Positions 9,586-17,656 of a stretch of DNA of 54,111 nucleotides are shown here, one piece after another; position 1 is the stretch's first letter, and the number at the start of each line of letters is the position of its first letter. Below the pieces are notes generated by a model. The model made no database searches. It was not told the origin of the DNA and saw only the letters and a list, made by a program, of their open reading frames with translations. Source of the stretch: Desulfuromonadaceae bacterium UBA5613. Lineage in GTDB: Bacteria; Desulfobacterota; Desulfuromonadia; Desulfuromonadales; UBA2197. The position numbers were made by a program, and so were the translations under genes. The stretch lies in contig DIKR01000071.1 in NCBI GenBank assembly GCA_002424625.1, forward strand, positions 97,392 through 151,502, read 5' to 3'.

Positions 9586-10218
9586 ATGATTGCATTTTTT
9601 CTCGATGGCGGGTTGTTCATGTGGCCAATTTTGTTGGTGTTCCTAGTCGGCATGGGCATCGCTGGTGAGCGCTGGTATCATTTGAGCCGCACCAAGATCA
9701 AAAGCCGTAACATGTGGAATCTGCTCCATCCGGTGCTGGTCCAGGGCGAATTCGATCAGGCCCGGGACATGGTAGAAAAGGATAACTCCGCGCTTTCGCA
9801 AATGCTGAGCATGGGGCTTGCGGTTCAGGGGTCTGGCCGGCGGCGGCAAGACATTGAAATTGCCATGGAAGAAAGCATGATGGAGATCATTCCGGATCTG
9901 GAACAACGGACCCCTTATGTGGCGCTTTTCTCCAATATTGCCACCCTGCTCGGGCTGCTCGGTACCATCATGGGTCTGATTGCGGCGTTCACCGCCGTCG
10001 CCAATGCCAACCCCGCCGAAAAGGCTGACCTGTTGTCCGCCAGTATCTCGGTCGCCATGAATACCACCGCCTTCGGTCTGATCGCCGCGATTCCGCTGCT
10101 GATTACCCACGCCATGCTGACGACCACCACCGCCCAGATCGTCGACAGCCTCGAAATGGCCTCAGTAAAGGCGCTGAATATTATCTCGAATTCTGCCAGG
10201 CGTGTTGACTTGTCCTGA
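9586..10218 (+). CDS. MotA/TolQ/ExbB proton-channel family protein (paralog 2)
   Basis: 210 aa with the same architecture as 6457..7107 and a nearly identical C-terminal core. AGGAGG RBS upstream. Confidence 0.9.
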   Translation: MIAFFLDGGLFMWPILLVFLVGMGIAGERWYHLSRTKIKSRNMWNLLHPVLVQGEFDQARDMVEKDNSALSQMLSMGLAVQGSGRRRQDIEIAMEESMMEIIPDLEQRTPYVALFSNIATLLGLLGTIMGLIAAFTAVANANPAEKADLLSASISVAMNTTAFGLIAAIPLLITHAMLTTTTAQIVDSLEMASVKALNIISNSARRVDLS

Positions 10219-10353
10219 CCTCCACCCGGTCGGCGGCCACCCTCTCGGGAGATGAGGGGGTGCTTTATGAATGTTGCACAAAATTAACGTAACGACTGTA
10301 CCTCGTCAGGTGTTCGGCACCTTAACCCTCAACCTTCAATTAAAGGATAACCA

Positions 10354-10905
10354 ATGTCTCGAGGATTCTTATTCTGTTTGGTCGTCACCCTGGTCTTCAG
10401 CGCGGGATGCGCAACGAAGAAGATTCAGGAAGAAACCACACTCACTCCGCCCCCGCCCCAAACCTTGTCACCTCCCGTCGACATCCCGCCTCCGGTTGCA
10501 GCCGTGGATCAGGATGTCGCTGCCGAAACTGTAGCGGAGGAACCGCAAGTCGTGGTGGCACCGCTACCGACCTCTGTACTGCAGAACGTCCCCTTCGAAT
10601 ACGATCAGCATCTGTTGAGCGACTCTGCCCGGGAGATTCTGGCCGCCAATACGGCAATCCTCATGGCACAAGACCGCTTGCAGGTGACCCTCGCCGGGTA
10701 TTGCGACGAACGCGGTTCGGATCAGTACAACATTGCCCTCGGCGAGCGACGGGCCGAGGCGGTACGCAACTATCTCCTTTCCCTCGGGATCAGCGCAGGC
10801 CGTCTGGAGGTCGTTTCGTACGGCGAAGAAAAACCCCTCGATGCAGGGCACGATGAGGACGCCTGGGCCAAGAATCGTCGCGTCGAATTCGTGCCGATGT
10901 TGTAA
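10354..10905 (+). CDS. Pal-like peptidoglycan-associated lipoprotein (OmpA C-terminal domain)
   Basis: Lipobox (VFSAGC), a Pro-rich linker and an OmpA_C motif set (FEYDQHLL...GYCDERGSDQYNIALGERRAEAVRNYL...NRRVEF). Confidence 0.85.
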   Translation: MSRGFLFCLVVTLVFSAGCATKKIQEETTLTPPPPQTLSPPVDIPPPVAAVDQDVAAETVAEEPQVVVAPLPTSVLQNVPFEYDQHLLSDSAREILAANTAILMAQDRLQVTLAGYCDERGSDQYNIALGERRAEAVRNYLLSLGISAGRLEVVSYGEEKPLDAGHDEDAWAKNRRVEFVPML

Positions 10906-10935
10906 AACTGCGCACGACAACACCCGCAAATGAAA

Positions 10936-10962
10936 GGGCCAGGCTTCAAGCCTGGCCCTTTT
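10936..10962. terminator. Bidirectional rho-independent terminator
   Basis: A 9-bp GC-rich stem (gggccaggc / gcctggccc) with a 5-nt loop. It is flanked by an A-run upstream and TTTT downstream, between convergent genes. Confidence 0.5.
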
Positions 10963-10997
10963 CGCTATGGTTTTATCCTGCTGTTTGCCTGTCGTCT

Positions 10998-11228
10998 TTA
11001 ATTCTTCTTCCAGGTGTGCTGGCTTTTTTCCGCTTCGCCCATTATCTTTCTGGCCTCGGTAACAACGGCCCGCACCTTTTTCGGGTTCATCCCCGCAATT
11101 CTCTCCAGGCCTTTTTCTTCGGCGTTGGCAACCTTGGCAATTGTGTCATAGCTGGATTCGACTAAACGTTGTGAAAGGACTTCTCCGATCCCTTTGAGTC
11201 GTTGCAGCTCTTTCATCTGTTTCTTCAT
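10998..11228 (-). CDS. Small helix-hairpin-helix DNA-binding protein
   Basis: 76 aa with two HhH-like motifs (LKGIGEVLSQRLV and IAGMNPKKVRAVV). Confidence 0.6.
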   Translation of the reverse strand: MKKQMKELQRLKGIGEVLSQRLVESSYDTIAKVANAEEKGLERIAGMNPKKVRAVVTEARKIMGEAEKSQHTWKKN

Positions 11229-11391
11229 AGCTTTCTCTCCTTATTTGAATTAATTTTATTCTCGAGCACCACCAGCCAACTGGTTAAAGGTTAAAACAAA
11301 AAGAAAAAATATCAAGTTTATCGGTAAATTTGAGTTAAACGCTTGCCGTTGCAAGCGGGGATATTTTCACGACGACCTTGATGGAGGATAA

Positions 11392-12378
11392 ATGGGCGAA
11401 CAGATTTTTCTCGAACGCTTTTTGTGGTTCGATCAGCAGTTGCGACAAAGTCTCTATCCCAATGCCGCTCACCTTGCCGAGCGCTTCGAGATTTCGGCCA
11501 AGACGGCGCAGCGTTCGATTGAATATTTTCGGGACCGGCTGCTGGCGCCGCTGGAATATGAGCCGCTGCATCGCGGTTACTACTATCGCACTGATTTCGA
11601 ACTGCCGGCGGCGCGGATCTCGGCAGGTGAGCTCGGGGCACTCCTCATCTCACGCCGTCTTCTCTCCGACGCATCCGCCGGCCATCTCGAAGGGGAACTC
11701 GCCAGTGTCGTCAACAAGCTTGGCGGTATCCTTTCCCGCCATCTCCCCGGTACGCTCGCGCCGGATGAAGCCTTCTCCTTTCGCTGGAACCAGTTTGTCC
11801 CGACCAAGAATGACGATTTTCAGCGGGTCTGTCAGGCGCTGCTCGGCGCCCGCATCCTGAGCTTCGACTATCAGTCGCCCACTCAGGTTAATCCCGCCCG
11901 GCGCAGCGTCGAACCCCATCATCTCGTCAATTATCTCGGCACCTGGCACCTTATCGCTTATTGCCGGCTGCGCCACGACTGGCGCGACTTTGTCCTGCCG
12001 CGCATGGCGGCGCTGGTGGTTGAGAGCGAGTCTTTCAGCTATCGCCCCCGCGCCGATTGGGAGCCCCTGTTGACCGGTACCTTCGGGATTTTTCAGAATC
12101 GTCACAGCTTTTCGGTGACGCTGCGCTTCACACCGGAGCGCAGCCGATTGGTCAAGGGCCAAATCTGGCATCCCGATCAGGAGATTACCCATGCCGACGA
12201 TGGCGCGCTCCTCCTCACCCTGCCGGCGAGCCATCCAGCCGAGATCCTCATGAGTATTCTCGGGCATGGCGCCGAGGTTGAGGTGTTGGCGCCGAGTTGG
12301 CTGCGGGAGCAGGTGGCAGAAGAGATCAAACGGATGGGGGAACGTTATGGGGGAGGGGAGGGCCAGGTGCGGCGGTGA
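11392..12378 (+). CDS. HTH-WYL domain transcriptional regulator
   Basis: 328 aa. N-terminal HTH region and a central WYL signature (VEPHHLVNYLGTWHLIAYCRLRHDWRDFVLPRM). GGAGGA RBS upstream. Confidence 0.8.
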   Translation: MGEQIFLERFLWFDQQLRQSLYPNAAHLAERFEISAKTAQRSIEYFRDRLLAPLEYEPLHRGYYYRTDFELPAARISAGELGALLISRRLLSDASAGHLEGELASVVNKLGGILSRHLPGTLAPDEAFSFRWNQFVPTKNDDFQRVCQALLGARILSFDYQSPTQVNPARRSVEPHHLVNYLGTWHLIAYCRLRHDWRDFVLPRMAALVVESESFSYRPRADWEPLLTGTFGIFQNRHSFSVTLRFTPERSRLVKGQIWHPDQEITHADDGALLLTLPASHPAEILMSILGHGAEVEVLAPSWLREQVAEEIKRMGERYGGGEGQVRR

Positions 12379-12379
12379 A

Positions 12380-13783
12380 TCAGCCGACGCTGTCGTACTC
12401 GCGTTCGCGCAGGGGGACGCCGAGCTCAGCCGCAACCCGGCGGCAGGCGGAAAGATCGAGATCGGGAAAGGCGACGACGCTGGCGATGACGTTCGGAATG
12501 ATCCCGCGGGCAGCGCGAATGAAGGCTTTGATCCCTTCGTAGCCGGCCTCACCAAGGCTGGAGTGACAGAGCCGCTGGTAAGTGGCGGCATCGGCGGCGT
12601 TGAGGGAGATGGAGAGGGTGTCGACCAGACCGGCCAATTCGGGGACGATATTGCGGCCGTGGACGAGATTCGCTTGGCCGTCGCTGTTGACCCGCACTTG
12701 CACGCCGCGCGTTTTCAGCCAGGCGGCAATCTCCTTGACCAGATCGAGACGCAGGAGTGGTTCGCCATAGCCGCAGAAGACGACTTCGTCGTAGCGGCTC
12801 GGATCGCCGATAGCGCGGCGTACTTCGGCGGCATCCGGTTCGTGGCTGAGGAGGAGATGATGCCCCTTGACCATGCCGCCGGAGAATTTCGGGCAGAAGG
12901 TGCAGGTATTGGTGCAGCGGTTGGTGATATTGAGATAAAGGCTGTTGCGGATGGTGTAGGCGATCTGCGCCCCTGCCGGGGTGCCGATCTGAAAGAGATC
13001 GTAGCTGTTGCGCCGCACCAGACGGGCAATATCCTCGGCGCTGATGCCGCGCAGTTCGGCAATTGCCTCGGCAGTGTAGCGGACAAAGGCCGGTTCGTTG
13101 CGTTTGCCGCGCTGCGGCACCGGACTTAAATAAGGACAGTCGGTCTCGATGAGGAGGCGGTCGTCGGGGATCATCTTGACAATTTCGCGGGCGGCGCTAT
13201 TGGCGGGATAGGTGATGGTGCCGGGGAAGGAGAGATAAAAACCCATCTCCAGGCAGCGTTTGGCCATGGCGACATCGCCGCTGAAGCAGTGGAGGACGCC
13301 GCCGATCTCCTCTGCGCCTTCTTCCCGCAGGATGGTCTCGACTTCGTCGTGGGCGTCGCGGTCATGGATGATTAGCGGCAGGCTGACTTCGCGGGCGAGG
13401 CGAATCTGGCGGCGAAAGGTTTCGCGTTGTACGTCGCGAGGGGCGCGGTCGCGGTAGAAATCGAGGCCGATCTCGCCGATCGCCACCACCTTGGCACTCG
13501 ATTTCGCCAGATGGCGCAAGGTGGCGATCCCGACGTCGCTTCCCTCCAGAGCGTCATGGGGATGAATGCCGACGCTGGCATAGACGTCCGGGTATTCGTT
13601 CGCCAGAGCAATCGACGCCTGCGAGGAAGCCAGGTCGCAGCCGACCGTGAGGATCTGGCTGATCCCACTCTGGCGGGCACGCTTGATGACCTCCGCACGA
13701 TCAGTGTCGTACTGGCTGCTGTCGAGATGGGCGTGGGTGTCGACCAGAGCCGGGAGCAAGGGCGTGACCTTTCCTGAGTCCAT
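12380..13783 (-). CDS. TatD-family hydrolase fused to a TatD-associated radical SAM domain
   Basis: The N-terminal half has TatD motifs (VDTHAHLD, SVGIHPH, GEIGLDF, ETDCPYL). The C-terminal half has CX3CX2C (NRCTNTCTFCPK) and GYGEPLL. Start is set at the internal ATG 13783. The longer ORF to 13906 would overlap the metG 3' end. Confidence 0.8.
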   Translation of the reverse strand: MDSGKVTPLLPALVDTHAHLDSSQYDTDRAEVIKRARQSGISQILTVGCDLASSQASIALANEYPDVYASVGIHPHDALEGSDVGIATLRHLAKSSAKVVAIGEIGLDFYRDRAPRDVQRETFRRQIRLAREVSLPLIIHDRDAHDEVETILREEGAEEIGGVLHCFSGDVAMAKRCLEMGFYLSFPGTITYPANSAAREIVKMIPDDRLLIETDCPYLSPVPQRGKRNEPAFVRYTAEAIAELRGISAEDIARLVRRNSYDLFQIGTPAGAQIAYTIRNSLYLNITNRCTNTCTFCPKFSGGMVKGHHLLLSHEPDAAEVRRAIGDPSRYDEVVFCGYGEPLLRLDLVKEIAAWLKTRGVQVRVNSDGQANLVHGRNIVPELAGLVDTLSISLNAADAATYQRLCHSSLGEAGYEGIKAFIRAARGIIPNVIASVVAFPDLDLSACRRVAAELGVPLREREYDSVG

Positions 13784-13790
13784 GCCGGCC

Positions 13791-15317
13791 TTATTCGATC
13801 TCAATGCGGGGGAAGAGCGGGGCCGCTTTTTCGATGACCGTCCCCGGCTGCAGCCCGCCCCACTGATCGTTTGCTTCCAGGGTGCTGGCGGGATCACAAC
13901 CGACAATCGTCAGGATTTTAGCTCCGGTCGTCGGCATGAAGGGGCCGACCATCAGGGCGATAAGGCGGATCGCTTCGATGAGGTTGTAGATAACCGTGGC
14001 GAGCCGTTCCTGTTGGGCCGGATCTTTGGCGAGAGTCCAGGGGGCGCAATCGTCGATGTATTTGTTCGAAGCGCTGACCAGTTCCCAGATCGTCTGCAGG
14101 GCTTTACTGAAGGCGAGGTCGTCCATCTGCTCATCGAGATTTTTGACGGCGGAGGAGAAACGAGCGACGTAGTCGTGATCGAATTCAGCGAGAGCCGCAG
14201 GCGCGGGGAGGGCGGCGCCAAAATATTTGTGGAGCATGGCGGTGGAGCGGCTGACCAGGTTGCCGAGATCGTTGGCAAGGTCGGAGTTGATGCGGGAGGT
14301 CAGGGCCGATTGCGAAAAGTCGCCATCAAGGCCAAAGGGGACTTCGCGCAGGAGGAAGTAGCGGATGGCATCGACGCCAAAGCGATCGACGAGCATATTC
14401 GGCTCGACGACGTTGAGCAGGCTCTTGCTCATCTTCTGCCCTTCGACCGTCCACCAGCCGTGGGCAAAGACCTTCTTCGGCAGCGGCAGACCGGCGGCGA
14501 GGAGGAACGTCGGCCAGTACACGCTGTGAAAGCGCAAAATATCCTTGCCGATCACATGAACGTCCACCGGCCAGAATTTGGCGTAATTTCCGCCTTCGTC
14601 GGGGTAACCGAGGGCGGTGATGTAGTTGCTGAGCGCGTCGAACCAGACGTAGATGACGTGGGCTTCATCCTTGGGGACGGGGATCCCCCAGGAAAAAGTC
14701 GTGCGCGAGATGGAGAGATCGCGCAGCCCTTCCTTGACAAAGTTGACGATTTCGTTGCGCCGCGAGCGGGGCTGAATAAAATCGGGATTGGCTTCGATAT
14801 GGTCGAGGAGCGCCTGCTGGTATTTGCTCATGCGAAAGAAGTACGACGGCTCGGAAAGTTTTTGCGTCGGGCGGCCGCAATCCGGGCAGTTGCCGTCGAG
14901 GAGCTGCGTCTCGGTCCAGAAGGATTCGCAGGGAGTGCAATACCAGTCGACATACTCGCCAAGGTAGATATCATTCTTGGCCTGAATCGTTTCAAAGAGG
15001 GCGCATACCCCGTTTTTATGGCGTTCCTGCGAGGTGCGGATAAAGTCGGTGTGGCTGATATCGAGCTTCTCCCAGAGGGCGGCAAAGCGCATCATCACCC
15101 GATCCGCCAGCTCCAGAGGGGTTTCGCCTTTGGCCTGGGCCGCTTTCTCTACCTTCTGTCCGTGCTCGTCGGTCCCGGTCAGAAAAAAGACTTCGTAGCC
15201 GCGCGAACGCTTGTAGCGGGCGAGGGCGTCGCAGGCGAGGGTGGTGTAGGCATGGCCGATGTGGGGAACGTCGTTGACATAGTAAATTGGGGTCGTGACG
15301 TAAAACCGTTTAGCCAT
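13791..15317 (-). CDS. metG: Methionine--tRNA ligase
   Basis: Class I motifs are present (PHIGHAYT as the HIGH box, KMSKS) along with the zinc knuckle CPDCG. 508 aa. Confidence 0.95.
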   Translation of the reverse strand: MAKRFYVTTPIYYVNDVPHIGHAYTTLACDALARYKRSRGYEVFFLTGTDEHGQKVEKAAQAKGETPLELADRVMMRFAALWEKLDISHTDFIRTSQERHKNGVCALFETIQAKNDIYLGEYVDWYCTPCESFWTETQLLDGNCPDCGRPTQKLSEPSYFFRMSKYQQALLDHIEANPDFIQPRSRRNEIVNFVKEGLRDLSISRTTFSWGIPVPKDEAHVIYVWFDALSNYITALGYPDEGGNYAKFWPVDVHVIGKDILRFHSVYWPTFLLAAGLPLPKKVFAHGWWTVEGQKMSKSLLNVVEPNMLVDRFGVDAIRYFLLREVPFGLDGDFSQSALTSRINSDLANDLGNLVSRSTAMLHKYFGAALPAPAALAEFDHDYVARFSSAVKNLDEQMDDLAFSKALQTIWELVSASNKYIDDCAPWTLAKDPAQQERLATVIYNLIEAIRLIALMVGPFMPTTGAKILTIVGCDPASTLEANDQWGGLQPGTVIEKAAPLFPRIEIE

Positions 15318-15319
15318 GG

Positions 15320-16618
15320 CTATTCTCCTGATTCGTTGGTAGTGGGGGCGCCTGGTTTGCGTGGTGGGCGCCGGCGATTACGTTGCCGCCGGCGACGGAC
15401 TTCCTGCTCCCCCGGCTTTTTCTCTACGGCGGGTTCCGGGACCGGCTTAATCTGTTGTTGCGGCGGCTGCACCGGTGTTTTTACTTCCGGCGTTACAGGC
15501 GGCGCCGGTCGACTGGGGGGCTGTTGTCGCCCTGATCCCTGCGGCCGGGCTGCAGCTTGGGATGGCTGCTGCTTTGTTTCGGGGGGATTGCCGCCGGGGC
15601 GCTGGCGCTGCTGCCGGCCGTCACGACTCTGCCGTTCCGGGGGGCGCGCCGGTGCTGTTTGACCCGACGAGCGTTCCGGCCGTTCCGGCGGGGCATTTCC
15701 TGCCACGGCCAACTTTTGCGGCATGATCCCTTTTTCGACTTCTTCCGGTGTCATTTCGATCCGCTGTTGCGGGCCGAAGTTGACGGTGACGGTTTGGCGG
15801 AGAATGTGCTGGCTGATGACTTCCCCTTCCCGGCCCTCGACCGTCACTTTGCGCCCGCATTTAGGCAGCGCCTTTTTCATCTCGCAATAGGTCTCATACT
15901 CATAAGCAAGGCAGCAAAGGAGTCGCCCGCACTGCCCGGAAATCTTGTTCGGATTCAAGGCGAGTTCCTGCTCTTTGGCCATCTTCACCGAGACCGGGGC
16001 GAATTCGGTCAGATAGGAGGAACAGCAGAGTTCCCGCCCGCAGATACCGATGCCGCCGATCAGTTTGGCTTCGTCCCGCACCCCGATCTGACGCATTTCG
16101 ATGCGGGTGTGAAAATAGTGCGCGAGATCTTTGACCAGCTCCCGGAAGTCGATCCGCCCGTCGGCGGTGAAGTAGAAGATAATCTTCGAGCCGTCAAAGA
16201 GATATTCGGCGCGCACCAGTTTCATCGCCAACTTCCGTTCGGCGATGCGTTCCCGGCAAAAACGGAGCGAGAATTCTTCCTTGGCGTTGAAGTTTGCAGC
16301 CATTGCCAGGTCGTCAGCACCGGCCAGGCGCTGTACCCCCTTCAACCCCTCCGGAAGATCCTGGTCGGCAACATGGCGCGGGAAAGTGACGACCGTACCG
16401 AGGGCGCGGCCGCGATCAGTTTCGACGACGACCCGGTCCCCCTTGGTGAGAGGGATGCTTCCGGCGGCAAAGTCGTAATGGCGACCGGCGGGACGAAATT
16501 TGATTTTGACCAGGCGGGTCGTCGCCGGCGCCGGCTCTTCCTCCTCGGTAAAGAAGGAGGGTGCGTCGGGTGCCGTCGTGTTTTTCTCGTTATCGGTATT
16601 CTCTTCAATATCTGGCAT
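15320..16618 (-). CDS. ricT: PSP1-domain protein (RicT/YaaT-like) with a long basic Pro-rich tail
   Basis: PSP1 core with a Cys cluster (GICGRELCCSSYL, CGRLLCCLAYE). It is located between holB and metG, as in the Bacillus tmk-holB-yaaT synteny. Confidence 0.85.
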   Translation of the reverse strand: MPDIEENTDNEKNTTAPDAPSFFTEEEEPAPATTRLVKIKFRPAGRHYDFAAGSIPLTKGDRVVVETDRGRALGTVVTFPRHVADQDLPEGLKGVQRLAGADDLAMAANFNAKEEFSLRFCRERIAERKLAMKLVRAEYLFDGSKIIFYFTADGRIDFRELVKDLAHYFHTRIEMRQIGVRDEAKLIGGIGICGRELCCSSYLTEFAPVSVKMAKEQELALNPNKISGQCGRLLCCLAYEYETYCEMKKALPKCGRKVTVEGREGEVISQHILRQTVTVNFGPQQRIEMTPEEVEKGIMPQKLAVAGNAPPERPERSSGQTAPARPPERQSRDGRQQRQRPGGNPPETKQQPSQAAARPQGSGRQQPPSRPAPPVTPEVKTPVQPPQQQIKPVPEPAVEKKPGEQEVRRRRQRNRRRPPRKPGAPTTNESGE

Positions 16619-16672
16619 GTTGAGTTATTTATCCGGGAATCGAGCCATTCGCAGAAAAGAACGAACTTCTTT

Positions 16673-17656
16673 TCAATGTTGGCTCTGGGTTGCTGTCAAG
16701 CGCATCAACAGAACGTCAAAGACCAATTGGCCGTTGACGTTGCGCTCCAGGTAAAAATAGGCGGCATTGATCGCTTCAATTTTGCGGAGCAGCATTTGCG
16801 GGCTCTCCTGGGCGGCAATGCGCCGGATCTTTTCAATAAGATCACGATTAACCAGATCGTCTTCCGGCCAACCGTGCTGGCAGAGGAGGAGATCCCGATA
16901 AAAAGCACGAAGAATATCGAGGATTTCACTCAAGCGCTCCTTCTCTTCGGCCAGTTCGGCCGCCAGTTCGAAGAGGGGGAGATAACTGCCGTGACTGAGG
17001 GCGGTCACGGCTTTGAGAATGACTTTGCGTCGCTCCAGATAAAGGTCGCGATCCCGCCCCAGGGCTTTATGGAAAGAGCCGTCGGACAGGGTGGCGAGAA
17101 TATGCGCGTGCGCCTCGTTCCCGGCGTCGGCCTCGGTTAACGCCCGCCGGATCGTTGCCGTCGGCAGGCGTGAAAAGGGGAGACGCTGACAGCGGGAGCG
17201 GATGGTCGGCAACACTGCATCCGGCCGCGAGGTCAGGAGGATAAGGAGGGCGTGGCCGGCCGGTTCCTCCAAAGTTTTTAAGAGGGCGTTGCCCGAGGAG
17301 GCATTCATCTTCTCGGCGGCCTCGATGACACAAATTTTGCGCTCTCCCTCGAGGGGCCGGAAAGAAAGTTCCTTTTGCAGCGCCCGGATCTGTTCGATCT
17401 TGATGGTGTTGCCGTCAGCTTCGACGATATGCAGATCCGGATGGTTCTGGTGGTCGACCTTGCGACAGGCCGGACACTCGCCGCAACCGTTTTTTGTGAC
17501 ACAAAAAAGCGAGCGCGCCAGCGCCAAAGCCACCAAGCGTTTGCCGATCCCTTCCGGTCCTTCAAAGAGATAGGCGTGCGCCAGGCGCCCAGAAGTTTGC
17601 GCCCGTTTCAGGATCGCCTTTTGCCGCTCATGACCAAGGATGCCGGCGTAGGTCAT
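16673..17656 (-). CDS. holB: DNA polymerase III subunit delta'
   Basis: HAYLFEGPEGIGK P-loop-like motif and a zinc module (CGECPACRKV). ATGA overlap with tmk. Confidence 0.9.
   Translation of the reverse strand: MTYAGILGHERQKAILKRAQTSGRLAHAYLFEGPEGIGKRLVALALARSLFCVTKNGCGECPACRKVDHQNHPDLHIVEADGNTIKIEQIRALQKELSFRPLEGERKICVIEAAEKMNASSGNALLKTLEEPAGHALLILLTSRPDAVLPTIRSRCQRLPFSRLPTATIRRALTEADAGNEAHAHILATLSDGSFHKALGRDRDLYLERRKVILKAVTALSHGSYLPLFELAAELAEEKERLSEILDILRAFYRDLLLCQHGWPEDDLVNRDLIEKIRRIAAQESPQMLLRKIEAINAAYFYLERNVNGQLVFDVLLMRLTATQSQH

Noticed and set aside
10237-10266. Possible terminator hairpin after the second exbB-like gene.
   Set aside because: The arms (ccaccctc / gagggggtg) pair imperfectly, with only about 5 clean bp, and the T-tract is short. 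It is too weak to annotate.
6457-10905. Interpretation as the canonical Tol-Pal system (tolQ-tolR-tolA-tolB-pal-cpoB).
   Set aside because: There is no TolB beta-propeller and no CpoB. There are two ExbB-like and two ExbD-like genes. The TonB-like protein has an AgmX/PglI-type tail and a long cytoplasmic domain, and three large TPR proteins lie upstream. Pal-like identity alone is not sufficient.
13784-13906. N-terminal 41-codon extension of the TatD-radical-SAM ORF.
   Set aside because: It would overlap the 3' end of metG by more than 100 nt. The TatD homology starts right after the internal Met at 13783, which lies 7 nt downstream of the metG stop.
13647-17140. Long plus-strand ORFs 13647..15662 (671 aa) and 15557..17140 (527 aa).
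   Set aside because: They are antisense to metG, ricT and holB, have low-complexity Gly/Arg/Ala-rich translations and have no RBS context. The same reasoning applies to 3762..5372, 21190..22653, 33733..34689, 41389..42831, 43063..44259, 45858..46922, 46489..47493 and 47515..48507.
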